Below are positions 13,501-19,105 of a stretch of DNA of 64,000 nucleotides, one piece after another. The stretch is from NCBI GenBank assembly GCA_965207705.1, contig OZ242292.1, positions 1,247,696 through 1,311,695 on the forward strand. Direction: 5' to 3'. The number at the start of each line of letters is the position of its first letter. Position 1 is the stretch's first letter. A program made the position numbers and the translations under genes. The notes under the pieces were generated by a model that had not been told where the DNA came from, did not search any database, and saw only the letters and a program-made list of their open reading frames with translations. This DNA comes from Gammaproteobacteria bacterium (GTDB taxonomy: Bacteria > Pseudomonadota > Gammaproteobacteria > CBDBNL01 > JAAOII01).

Positions 13501-13574
13501 ACTTTGGCACTGCGAGCCAGTATCCGGTTCTTAGTTGTACACCTGGTGGGATAGACGTCCAGCGTCAACGTTAA
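1..13574 (+). CDS. Giant multi-headed surface protein, 5'-truncated by the window edge (24 FN3-like domains, six GLUG-repeat head modules, Asp-rich Ca-binding-like linker)
   Basis: One open frame runs from the window edge (frame of nt 3) to TAA at 13572-13574. The track's TTG at 144 is internal: the 47 upstream codons (ESTDWDKDTWYFGTANDLPKL..) reproduce the WDFGT..LP.L cap that ends every head module. There are 24 copies of an FN3-type pattern (ISW..V.GATSYEVY / VTSYQIFD ... LLP.TEYTY.VKACN.SGCS). Six modules carry repeated GGLVG..SPISNSYAVV (GLUG-type) units, at 4539-5927, 6783-7697, 8544-9779, 10044-11012, 11286-12197 and 12384-13571. Confidence 0.85.
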   Translation, partial: ESTDWDKDTWYFGTANDLPKLSSDFVPDVEPPPVNVPASPRGVTVAPLNSTSIRVSWNSVSDVKFYRLYDNRGGAVINIAPPATSYTATDLLPNTGYTYRVAACNDSGCSAFTSRSAATPIPIPASPSSISAAGQDFTSVTITWSKVLGTKRYEVYNGAAKVATLDESRTTYIINKDLLPATEYIYSVKACNDVGCSDSTEIDFFTPSIDISSAPQVTVVDSTIGQANPSLDISWNYISGVTSYQIFDAAENKVATVQSPTTNHIIAGLTAGTLYEYKVRGCYTPSVTAPGAPGSTEICGDFSAAGSATTPVAIPATPSGVTAAVQGLTSIRISWDSVVGATSYEVYNGDVQVATIDDPATSYTVSGLLPATEYTYSVKACNLSGCSDSASAATTRTPVAIPATPSGVTAAVQGLTSIIISWNSVDGATSYEVYKGDVKVATIDAPTTRHTATGLLPSTEYIYSVKACNTSGCSVAASAATTRTPVAIPDSSSSISTGSLNLTARSITWRAVSGATSYEVYKGDEKVDAIDAPTTSYTATALLPNTEYTYSVKACNISGCSVSTEVTFTTEPIGVSSTLEVTVVTSTIGQANPSLMVSWDGITGVTSYQIFDAAGNADENKVATVPAPKTSHIIAGLTAGTLYEYRVRGCYTPSAPGSSEVCGDFSAVDSATTPVAIPAVPSNVAAAVQGLTSIRISWDSVDGAEYYEVHNGNVLVANNTHPNTSYTATDLLPATEYTYKVKACNLSGCSDSASAATTPTPVAIPAVPSNVAAAVQGLTSISISWDSVEGATSYEVHNGDELVTTINNPSTTSYTVSDLSPATEYTYSVKACNLSGCSDSASTATTTPVAIPDSPSSISAAGQDFISISITWRAVSGATSYEVYKGDVKVDTINAPTTRHTATDLLPNTEYTYGVKACNTSGCSDSTEVDFFSPPIGISSAPEVTVVASTIGQANPSLMLSWGYIRVVTSYQIFDAAGNADENKVATVPDSKTSHIITDLSAGTLYEYRVRGCYTPSAPGSTEICGDFSAVGSATTPVAIPDSSGGVTIGSLGFTSISITWGEVSGATSYQVHNNDEIVKTIKNPETTIYTATDLSPNKEYTYSVKACNTSGCSVVGEITATTKAIGVSSAPRITAVASTIGQATPSLNVSWDHISGVTSYQIFDAAENTAENKVATVPTSKTSHIIADLSAGALYTYKVRGCYTPSAPGSTEICGDFSPAGSTTTPVVIPDSPSSISAGSLSLTARSITWRAVSGATSYEVYKGDEKVATINALTTSYTATALLPNTGYTYSVKACNPSGCSVSTEVSFTTDPIDVSSAPQVTVVTSTIGQANPSLNVSWDRISGVTSYQIFDANENKVATVPTPATSHIITDLSAGTLYEYKVRGCYTSSAPASPPGSTEICGDFSAVGSVTTPIAIPATPGNVAAVSLGFTSIRISWDSVEGAEYYEVRNSEGGLVANTTQPNTSYTATDLLPATEYTYNVKACNTSGCSSTDSATTITNGNKVGGTTSISSAAELAAIRANSNTLSGDYNLTGNIDLSDISNWQPIGDEDNKFTGSFDGNGYNISGVSSSGYQFAGLFGYVENANISNVGVLVGNISSSLSSSYLGGLVGRVANSPISNSYAVVGGSISSPSFYTGGLVGDAYNSPISNSYAVVEGSISLSSSFYTGGLVGSADNSPISDSYAVVEGNISSSAYSESYLGGLAGYADNSPISNSYAEIGGSISSSSLYSSSFTGGLVGRAENNNPISNSYAVVGGSISSSAPEFASYSGGLVGRAENNNPISNSYALVGGSILSSALSYSASYSGGLVGWTKNSPISNSYAVVEGSISSEDYSGGLVGNALNSPTNNSYAVVEGNISSFASDSYSYSGGLIGKASSSPISNSYVVVIGSISSSSSLFSYAGGLVGSADNKSPISYSYHSTSRKPSEGGFSNYYSAPRTPAQLRRLTAAATTWDGVVWDFGTDANLPTLRSLPSPFASRSPASPGDVTATASGLSAISISWGSVVGATSYEVYNSSALVTAVSHLATSYAATDLLPATKYTYRVRACNVFGCSDFASASATTDSTVGTSSAPQVTLVASTIGRANPSLMLSWDSIAGVTSYQIVNRAGEEVATVPALSTEYIVVGLAAGTLYEYQVRGCYDSGVSASPPESSEICGELSEVGSATTSRFIPSAPSGVTATALGITSLSISWNSVEGALTYQVHNSGGLVATIDAPTTSYTTRDLLPNTEYTYSVKACDGSSCSASVSASATTENGITISSAAELAAIRTDSTSLAGDYALTGNIDLSHIPNWQPIGNFTNKFTGSFNGNGYNISRVSSSGYVFAGLFGYVSSASISNVGVLIGSISSTSPSGYSISGGLVGRADYSPISNSYVVVEGSISSSSSSYSISGGLVGYPVDSPIINSYAVVGGSISSSSSSDNSYSGGLVGYADRNSPTNNSYAVVGGIISSSSSSRSSHSGGLVGYASNSPISNSYAVVGGSISSSSFSSSHSGGLVGRADNNSPISKSYYSASRKPSEGGFTNTLGTSQKLAELRALTAEVTTWDENIWDFGTAANLPILRSLTSPAVTAIPGDVTATALSLSSISMSWSSVVGATSYEVYNSEGLVGSTSHPTTNYAATNLLPDTQYTYRVRACNLFSCSDFASDVSATTDSTIGTSSAPQVTLVASTIGRIMPSLKVSWDSIAGVTSYQIVNRAGEEVATVSTPSTEYVVAGLAAGALYEYQVRGCYDSGVSASPPESSEICGELSPVGSATTSRFIPAPSGVTATALGITSLSISWNSVEGATSYQVHNSGGLVATIEAPTTSYTTRDLLPNKRYTYSVKACNVSGCSASVSASATTEDGMTISSAAELEAIRASSNALAGNYALTGNIDLSHISNWQPIGDFTNKFTGSFDGNGYRISGINSADYEVAGLFGYIEDANISNVGVLVGNISSSSSSDSYSGGLVGFASGSPISNSYALVEGSISSSSSSSSSDSYSGGLVGYASSSPISNSYAVVKGDISSSAFDSYSGGLVGYASSSPISNSYAVVEGSISSSSAFDSYSGGLVGRADANSPIRNSYVVVEGSISSSTRSYSSSYSGGLVGSAVSSPISNSYAEVGGSISSLDDSPFFVVSYSGGLVGSAVSSPISNSYAVVGGSISSFSLAHDSYSGGLVGIADNSPISNSYAVVKGDISSLSGGSSSSNSGGLVGGAGNDSDISNSYYSARRKSSEGAFGNTNGTSQKLAELRALTADATGWDAGIWDFGTAANLPTLRSLTSLANLGDVTATALSLSSISMSWSNVVGATSYEVYNSDGLVTTIDAPATSYTATGLLPEMEYTYRVRACNLFGCSAFASASAMTMVASISSAADLAAIHTNSNTLAGDYALTGNIDLSDISNWQPIGDGTNAFTGSFNGNGYNISGVSSSGYQYTGLFGYVENASISNVGVVVGSLSSSSSGNSYSGGLVGSAYNSPISNSYAVVEGSISSSSSSSSRVSYLYSGGLVGSAYNSPISKSYALVGGSISSSYSFSFSFSFSPNTYSGGLVGGAYYSPISNSYAVVGSISSTSLDLSSSSSSYSGGLVGHADNQNPISNSYAVVEGSISSLLYSSSSSPNTYSGGLVGRVDGSSVTNSYYNASRESSEGGFDNSHGTSQTVAQLRALTADATGWDEGIWDFGTAANLPILRSLPSPAVTTIPGDFTATALGPTSISISWDSVVGATSYEVYNSEGLVVSTSHSTTNYAATNLLPDTQYTYRVRACNLFGCSAFVSASTITRATSVSSAAELATIRTNSATLSGYYALTGNIDLSHIPNWQPIGNETNRFTGNFNGNGYNISGVSSSGYQYAGLFGWVENADISNVGVLVGNISTSSYRSTYSGGLVGYASRSSISNSYAVVEGGISSFRSSFSYSGGLVGIAYNSPISNSYVVVGGSISSSSSSLSSLSYSGGLVGFTWGNQINNSYAVVEGGISSSSSSGSSYSGGLVGFAQGNPISNSYAVVEGGISSSSAFDSDSGGLVGGADDYSPISNSYYSTSHQSSEGTFTNTLGTSQTLAELRRLTADATGWDEVVWDFGTNNDLPTLRSSHSAGIVPPSDPDPDPDPDSNNGVGKETNRDTDGDGTPDHVDTDDDDDNYSDALDVDDDGDGLIEIATAEQLNQVRHNLLGSSLKASAGDAGADTGCGGLNGITECNGYELVADISLAGYNSNNWLPIGSCPTFTEANVCTDVSALFNTVFDGNGYTISNLTITNSIESYTNATGLFGAISPASQLRNIHIRSANLIGGANNVGVLVGYAARASIIDSSAVGEITAYGANVGGLVGYGWNTTIISSYAAGGNIVGVSGVGGLIGSGERATISSSYAAGGDVGGVLYIGGLVGSGNSVTISLSYAAGGHVVAGFAGGGGLVGSGENARVISSYAAGGNVSGFADIGGLIGSGENATITSSYAAGGAVLTAFGVGDGLVGSEGVTATDSYWDSDTTGVAAGIYGLPQTTRELQSPTSATGIYANWDDECDDGGDAWDFGTASQYPVLSCTPGGIDVQRQR
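10407..10430 (+). repeat. In-frame (TCA)8 microsatellite encoding Ser8
   Basis: Eight perfect TCA codons, counted directly, lie between GLUG units of head 4. Similar TCA/TCT runs occur at 8907-8935 and 10660-10680. Confidence 0.9.
10533..10556 (+). repeat. In-frame (TCATTC)4 hexanucleotide repeat encoding (SF)4
   Basis: Four perfect TCATTC units, read directly; the translation is SFSFSFSF. Confidence 0.9.
12222..12383 (+). other. Asp-rich linker with thrombospondin-type-3-like DxDxDG calcium-binding motifs
   Basis: Translation: PSDPDPDPDPDS..NRDTDGDGTPDHVDTDDDDDNYSDALDVDDDGDG, immediately before head 6 (LIEIATAEQLNQVRHNL). Confidence 0.6.
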
Positions 13575-13632
13575 TATCATTAAGCGGCGGGGATATTGCG
13601 AGCATGCCGATGGTGTGTCGTTAATTTATACA

Positions 13633-13668
13633 TTTTGCGGGCGGAGCATGGCTCCGCCCCTACAGACC
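13633..13668 (+). repeat. REP-like palindromic element, copy 1
   Basis: TTTTGCGGGCGGAGC-ATG-GCTCCGCCCCTACAGACC. It has a perfect 9-bp GC-rich stem (13639-13647 / 13651-13659) and a 3-nt loop. The reverse complement recurs at 29255-29290. Confidence 0.75.
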
Positions 13669-13676
13669 ATCATTCC

Positions 13677-13738
13677 AAGAATTTATACATCATATTTAAG
13701 CGCGACCGCACGGTTGCGTAGCAAGAATTTATACATCA
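13677..13738 (+). repeat. 16-nt direct repeat AAGAATTTATACATCA x2 flanking a small imperfect hairpin
   Basis: Identical copies lie at 13677-13692 and 13723-13738, and a third partial copy (AATTTATACAT) at 13623-13633. GCGACCG-ca-CGGTTGC lies between the two full copies. Confidence 0.7.
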
Positions 13739-13741
13739 AAT

Positions 13742-13781
13742 ACTCCAATATATTACAAATTACTAAAATTGGAGTTTTTTT
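13742..13781 (+). terminator. Candidate Rho-independent terminator of the giant CDS
   Basis: ACTCCAAT (13742-13749) pairs with ATTGGAGT (13768-13775) and runs into a T7 tract (13775-13781). The stem is AT-rich and the loop is long (18 nt), so it is moderate at best. Confidence 0.45.
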
Positions 13782-13807
13782 ACATTTTTACTTATTTTGT
13801 GTATAAT
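13779..13807 (+). promoter_or_regulatory. Sigma70-like promoter, probably for hupB
   Basis: TTTACA (13779-13784), a 17-nt spacer, then TATAAT (13802-13807). A weaker proximal candidate is TTGGCT (13913-13918), 17 nt, TATATT (13936-13941). Confidence 0.45.
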
Positions 13808-13964
13808 AAAAGCAAGCAATAACGGCAATAAATGATTATTTCTTTTAATTTTTATGTGAGATATTACTCATTGTCGCTTGTTTAGTTGAGTACTGCGAGA
13901 ATTCTCTTTATTTTTGGCTTTCTTGTAGTTGATTATTATATTTACCAAAATAGGAGTAATAGAT

Positions 13965-14240
13965 ATGAATAAAAAGGATCTAATAGATGCAATAGCTGAT
14001 GGCTCAGGGATAAATAAATCTCAAGCCGACACAGCCCTAAATGTATTTGTAGAGAGTGTTTCCAATGCTTTGGCAAGTGGGAATGACGTCGCTTTGCCTG
14101 GGTTTGGGAGTTTTGTGGTTAAAGACAGAGCTGCTCGCCAAGGGCGTAACCCAAGAACAGGAGAAACTATCAACATCGCTGCCTCTAAGGCGCCCGGCTT
14201 CAAAGCAAGTAGTGTTTTGAAGAAGAAGCTAAATTCTTAG
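13965..14240 (+). CDS. hupB: DNA-binding protein HU (HU/IHF family)
   Basis: A 91-aa product, MNKKDLIDAIA..GFGSFVVKDRAARQGRNPRTGETI..., is typical of HU. AGGAG at 13952-13956 lies 8 nt before ATG 13965, so the track's start at 13929 is an upstream extension. The gene sits immediately upstream of ppiD, as in many Gammaproteobacteria. Confidence 0.93.
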   Translation: MNKKDLIDAIADGSGINKSQADTALNVFVESVSNALASGNDVALPGFGSFVVKDRAARQGRNPRTGETINIAASKAPGFKASSVLKKKLNS

Positions 14241-14257
14241 TTATTGTTTGATTAAAA

Positions 14258-14296
14258 GGGTTTGTTGTCATTAAAAAGCCAACAAACCCTTTTTTA
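14258..14296 (+). terminator. Rho-independent terminator after hupB
   Basis: GGGTTTGTTG (14258-14267) pairs perfectly with CAACAAACCC (14280-14289) and is followed by TTTTTT (14290-14295). Confidence 0.8.
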
Positions 14297-14336
14297 GTTA
14301 ATTTATTTTTATAGCTTTGCGCAGCTTAGTAAACAA

Positions 14337-14395
14337 TTAATAGGGTATTAATAGGGCACTAATAGGTTAGGGATAATAGATTGAGGGCTAATAAG
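14337..14395. repeat. Five TAATAG(G)/TAATAA motifs spaced 10-15 bp apart, upstream of ppiD
   Basis: Motif starts are at 14339, 14350, 14360, 14374 and 14389 (ttaataggg ta ttaataggg cac taatagg ttagggataatag attgagggctaataag). Confidence 0.5.
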
Positions 14396-14466
14396 CGCGC
14401 AGCAGCATGAAATAATATATAGGGGGGCATATATAGCAACAACATACAGCAAACCGACAAAATTAA

Positions 14467-16380
14467 ATGTTACAGAAAATGAAAGATCAGGCAGGCAGTT
14501 GGATTGTCAAAATCGTTTTGGTTTTGGTATCCCTTAGCTTTGTCTTATGGGGCACTAGTTCAATTTGGAATCTCTTTACAAACGACAGTGTAGTTATTGA
14601 TATTAATGGCGACACCACATCCCTTCCTTATTTTGAAAGAGCGGTTTCCTCCAAAAAACAATCATTGACTAGTGAAACAGCAACTCTAAGCTTGGTTGAG
14701 CAATATCTTGAATCAAGTATTAGAAAGGAGGTTTTGGAAGAAATTATTAACACAACCCTTATAAGTCAAGGGGCAGAGGAAGATGGTATAGGACTAAGCG
14801 AACGACAAGTGGATGAGATTATTGTAAGCCAACCAGCATTTCATATAGACGGCAAGTTTAATACCCGTTCGTATGAATCATTCCTGCAAAGGTCAAGGGT
14901 AAGTTCTAATGATTATAAAGAATATCTGCGCGAGAATTTCCGTCAATCTGCCTACCAAGAAAGTATTGATAATAGCGCTTTTTTTACCCCCAATAATTTA
15001 GATTTTTATGCTAACTGGCAATATCAAGAATATTCATACCGCTACCTACAGATTGAAATAAGTGATTTTGTTGATAATGAACCATTAGATGAGAATATAG
15101 TTCGCTCTTTTTATGAAGAGAATATTGACAATTATTATTTGCCTGAAGAATTTGATGTTGCTTACGTTACATTAAATTCAGATGATGTTATTTCAACTAT
15201 TGAAGTTCCTGATGAGGAATTGAGAAGCGTATATCTTGATACTTATGGCTATTTGTACCAGGACGTTAATGTAACCCTACGCCAGATATTTTTTGCTGAC
15301 GAAGAAGGCATTAATGAAGAGCTAATCAGCAAAGCCGAAGAGATAAAGCAGTCAATTAATAGCGTTGCTGATTTTATTGCTGCGGTTGAAGAGAACTCAG
15401 AGGATGAAGTAACTAAAGTAAATGGCGGTTCATTGGGCACTAGCCCATTGGGGGACTTACCAACCTCTTTTGTAGATACTATACGCAACATGCCGAAGGA
15501 TGCGAAATTAGGCGGACCTTTTCGCTCACAGCTCGGGGTGCATCTTATATGGCTTGATGAAAGTTCTGATGTTGATGCTCCATCTTTTGATGAAGTTAAA
15601 GATGAGTTGCAGGAAGAGCTACGTTATAGTAAATTGGAAGAAACTATGCTGGAAAAGGCGGAAAATTTTTCTTATGAGATATTAACCCTGAATGATTTAC
15701 AGCGAGCAGCAAATGTTAGTGGTATAACCACAGGTGGAAGCGGCACTTTTGTTTTAGGGGACGGATTTGCGGAAGAGTTTGGCAATGCTTTCATAGAAGA
15801 AGCGCTGGCTATGCAAGAAGGAGATATTAGTGATGTAATTTTATTGGATGATGGTAATTACATGGCGATTGAAATGCAAGGTCGCAGAGAGCCAATTCTA
15901 CAAAGCTTTGCTGCTATCCAATCAAATATAGAAGAAGATTATCGTTTGTTTGTGGCGCAATCGCAACTTGAAGAGATTACGCAAGACATCATAGAAGCAA
16001 TAAAAAGTGGAGAGCAATCTTACGAAAATCCGCTAAATGTTATCCCCGTTCGCCGTTGGGCATCTTATGAATGGAAGGAAGAGAGCGGAATAAGTCGTAA
16101 TTATGCGCAAGATGATGCTGTTGCGTCTTTAATTCTTGACTTGCCAGTTGAGGACTTTCCTTATCCTGTTTCGGGCAAGATTTCTGATAATAGCTTTGTT
16201 GTGGCTATAGTTGAAGATATAGTCGCTAAAACTTATGAAGAATTAAGTGCCGCTGAAAAGATTAGTTTAAAAGAAGAGTATCTCCAAAGTAGTCGCCAAC
16301 TTGCTAATTCTTTAATAATTAGTGAACTGCGTAACGCAGCAGATATAGAGATAAATGAAGAACTCATCGGACTTCAATAA
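14467..16380 (+). CDS. ppiD: Periplasmic chaperone / peptidyl-prolyl isomerase PpiD
   Basis: 637 aa with an N-terminal membrane anchor (WIVKIVLVLVSLSFVLWG). The size and its position after hupB match PpiD. Confidence 0.85.
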   Translation: MLQKMKDQAGSWIVKIVLVLVSLSFVLWGTSSIWNLFTNDSVVIDINGDTTSLPYFERAVSSKKQSLTSETATLSLVEQYLESSIRKEVLEEIINTTLISQGAEEDGIGLSERQVDEIIVSQPAFHIDGKFNTRSYESFLQRSRVSSNDYKEYLRENFRQSAYQESIDNSAFFTPNNLDFYANWQYQEYSYRYLQIEISDFVDNEPLDENIVRSFYEENIDNYYLPEEFDVAYVTLNSDDVISTIEVPDEELRSVYLDTYGYLYQDVNVTLRQIFFADEEGINEELISKAEEIKQSINSVADFIAAVEENSEDEVTKVNGGSLGTSPLGDLPTSFVDTIRNMPKDAKLGGPFRSQLGVHLIWLDESSDVDAPSFDEVKDELQEELRYSKLEETMLEKAENFSYEILTLNDLQRAANVSGITTGGSGTFVLGDGFAEEFGNAFIEEALAMQEGDISDVILLDDGNYMAIEMQGRREPILQSFAAIQSNIEEDYRLFVAQSQLEEITQDIIEAIKSGEQSYENPLNVIPVRRWASYEWKEESGISRNYAQDDAVASLILDLPVEDFPYPVSGKISDNSFVVAIVEDIVAKTYEELSAAEKISLKEEYLQSSRQLANSLIISELRNAADIEINEELIGLQ

Positions 16381-17224
16381 TAAGTCAATAGCTTTTCTTG
16401 GCTGTGGCCATCTTGGGGGGTCTTTAGTGGAAGGCATGCTTGCCCAACAATATCAAGCGCAAAAAATTACAGTCACTCGCCGCAACCTTGATAAATTATC
16501 CTCACTTAAGGGTAAAGGAGTGCAGGTTACAGATGATAACACAGCCGCAGTTGCCGCCAGTGATGTTATTGTGCTATGTGTCCGCCCTGACCAACTGGCA
16601 ATCTTGTTGGACGAAATCCAACCACTACTAGCAGAATCTAATAAGATAGTTATAAGTGTCATAGCGGGGCTAAGTATTGCAGATATAAAGCATAAAATTA
16701 AATCCCCTATTATTCGTTCAATGCCGAACATTGCAAGTGCTTTAGGCGAGGGAGTAACTGTCGTATATTTTTCTGATGATGCTGATGAGAGCACCAAGCA
16801 AATAGCTAATAGCGTATTTGCTCCGTCTGGACTGGTAATAACAGCTAATAGTGATGAAGAGGTTGATAGTTACACCGCTTTATGCGGTAGCGGACCCGCC
16901 TATTTTTTCCAATTCGTTTTATTAATGTGTAAGTACGGAGAAGCACGTTCCCTGCCTGCAGCCGATGTTTATAAAGGAGTACTACAAACAATGAAAGGAG
17001 CTGCCGCCTTATTGCAAGCAAGTAACAAAGACCCTCAATCATTGATAAACGAGATTGCATTACCTGGAGAGCCAACTGCCACCGGCGCCGCCTTAAAGGT
17101 TTTAGCTACTAAGGAAATGGAAGAGATAGTTATGCATGCTTGTAGCAAATCAGAAGAGAGGGCGGCTGCAATAGGCAAAGAAATAGGAACGAAAATAAGG
17201 CAGGGAATAAGGAAAAACCTTTGA
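16355..17224 (+). CDS. proC: Pyrroline-5-carboxylate reductase
   Basis: Rossmann motif IAFLGCGHLGGSL plus P5CR-like body (..RSMPN.A..GEG.T...). It overlaps the ppiD end by 26 nt and is followed by yggT, a common pairing. Confidence 0.88.
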   Translation: MKNSSDFNNKSIAFLGCGHLGGSLVEGMLAQQYQAQKITVTRRNLDKLSSLKGKGVQVTDDNTAAVAASDVIVLCVRPDQLAILLDEIQPLLAESNKIVISVIAGLSIADIKHKIKSPIIRSMPNIASALGEGVTVVYFSDDADESTKQIANSVFAPSGLVITANSDEEVDSYTALCGSGPAYFFQFVLLMCKYGEARSLPAADVYKGVLQTMKGAAALLQASNKDPQSLINEIALPGEPTATGAALKVLATKEMEEIVMHACSKSEERAAAIGKEIGTKIRQGIRKNL

Positions 17225-17796
17225 ACATTACCATCTTTCTTATAAGCGCCTCTCTGGGGCTGCTATCTATTCTTTCTTTGTTGCGTTTTATGCTGCAACT
17301 TACAAAGGTGGATTTCTATAATCCTTCAGTTCAGTTTGTATGCCGCTTCACTGATATATATTGCGGTTTAATTAGAAAAATTATTCCTGCTACAGGGCGC
17401 TTTGATATTGCTAGTATATTTATGGCTTTTACTATTCAGTTCATCAGCATCTATATAATATTTACAATTTTTTCAAGTAGTATGCCAGCTATCACACAAA
17501 TCGCAATATGGTCATTGTTGGTGTTGGCAGGGTTAGCATTGCGCATATATTTTATTGCGCTAATATTGATGGTTATTTTTAGTTGGGTGCGTCCTCAGGG
17601 TTCGCAGGCGTTAATGGATCTAAGCAATCAATTGATACGTCCTTTGCTGGCGCCTTTTCATAAATTCATTCCGCCGTTGGGCGGATTAGATTTTTCTCCT
17701 ATGGCATTGTTCTTTTTAATTTATCTACTACAGTCGGCTTGGCGCAGTTATGCCATTTCTATGGAAGTTCCTTTAAGAATAATCTTTGCCGTCTAA
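17221..17796 (+). CDS. yggT: YggT-family integral membrane protein
   Basis: 191 aa with several hydrophobic helices. It has a TTG start that overlaps the proC stop (TTGA). proC-yggT adjacency is conserved. Confidence 0.8.
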   Translation: MNITIFLISASLGLLSILSLLRFMLQLTKVDFYNPSVQFVCRFTDIYCGLIRKIIPATGRFDIASIFMAFTIQFISIYIIFTIFSSSMPAITQIAIWSLLVLAGLALRIYFIALILMVIFSWVRPQGSQALMDLSNQLIRPLLAPFHKFIPPLGGLDFSPMALFFLIYLLQSAWRSYAISMEVPLRIIFAV

Positions 17797-17811
17797 ATAA
17801 ATATTAACTCC

Positions 17812-19086
17812 ATGAGCCCCAAAGAGTATGATGTGATTAACGGCAGGTGGTTATTGCCGTCAGCGGTTGATGATATCCTTCCCCCTCAAGCAGAGTGCTT
17901 TGTTAAGATGCAGCAAACAATACTAAAGATTATTTTGGGATACGGCTATCAATTAATTCATCCACCTTCGGTGGAATTTGCATCTGCGCTGAATATATCT
18001 AACAGCGAAAATTTGGAAGAAGATATGGTGCATTTCAACGATTATCCCACTGCCGATGTACTTGGGCTGCGCGCTGATTTTACTCCGCAGGCGGCGCGTA
18101 TTGATGCCAGGGTTTTGCATAATAGCGGGATTAATCGCTTCTGCTATTGCGGTGAGATATTTCGCGCCAAGAGAGTTTCTTCAGAGGATATGCGCAATAC
18201 CGTGCACATCGGAGCTGAATTATTTGGGGATAGTTCCATAAATAGCGATATGGAAATAATGGAATTAATGTTAACCTGCCTCAGAAGTTTTTGTACAGAA
18301 CCCATAGTTCTGTTTATAGGGCATGCTACTTTTGCCAAACGAGTACTACAACTTGCTAAGCTAAGTGAAGCGCAGGAACGGCAATATCTAAAATTGTTAT
18401 CCGCTAAGAGCATGGATTATGTTGATGATTTTGTTGGGCAGCTGGAAATTTCTTCTAGCTCCTCCGCTTCTTTGCGCGAGCTGCTGATACAATTGCCGCG
18501 TCTTTATGGCGATAGAAGTATTCTTAAGAACGCGGCTACTTTGATAAGTAAGTTGCAGGATAAACAATTAACTGCGATGCTGCAACAGGTTAAACGTTCC
18601 TCTGCAGCCATGCAAGATAAGGCAAGTGTTTATATTGATTTGGGCGAGATGCCAGGCAATGGCTATTCTTATCACAATGGATTAGTGTTTGGCGCTTATT
18701 TACAGAATATCTGCTTCGCTGAAGGCGGAAGGTATGACGCAATCGGCGAGCATTATGGCAAGGGGCGTCCCGCCACTGGGTTTAGTATGGACGCTAAGAA
18801 ATTGTTTTATCATGTAATCGGCAAGATGAGTGATAGAGATAGTTCTAGCAAACGGGGTGCTCCAGCACCGATCGCAGGATTAATTTTTGCTCCTTATATA
18901 GCAGATGGTATAGGGGATGATGCGGCACCCAAAGATGCTGCATTAAAAAAAGAAGTGGCAGCGCTCAGAAGTAGCGGTAAGAGGGTGGTGTGTGCTTTGA
19001 ATAAAAAACAGAATGCTAAAGAATTAAACTGCGCCAAAGAATTAATTTATTCTGGCAGGGGTTGGAAAATAAAATCCCTGACTTAG
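17812..19086 (+). CDS. hisZ: ATP phosphoribosyltransferase regulatory subunit HisZ (HisRS paralog)
   Basis: The N-terminus W.LP..V.D.LP..A is HisZ/HisRS-like, and the fold looks class II aaRS-like. It sits directly upstream of purA, as is typical for hisZ. Confidence 0.8.
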   Translation: MSPKEYDVINGRWLLPSAVDDILPPQAECFVKMQQTILKIILGYGYQLIHPPSVEFASALNISNSENLEEDMVHFNDYPTADVLGLRADFTPQAARIDARVLHNSGINRFCYCGEIFRAKRVSSEDMRNTVHIGAELFGDSSINSDMEIMELMLTCLRSFCTEPIVLFIGHATFAKRVLQLAKLSEAQERQYLKLLSAKSMDYVDDFVGQLEISSSSSASLRELLIQLPRLYGDRSILKNAATLISKLQDKQLTAMLQQVKRSSAAMQDKASVYIDLGEMPGNGYSYHNGLVFGAYLQNICFAEGGRYDAIGEHYGKGRPATGFSMDAKKLFYHVIGKMSDRDSSSKRGAPAPIAGLIFAPYIADGIGDDAAPKDAALKKEVAALRSSGKRVVCALNKKQNAKELNCAKELIYSGRGWKIKSLT

Positions 19087-19105
19087 ATTAACAACTTAAA
19101 CTAGT

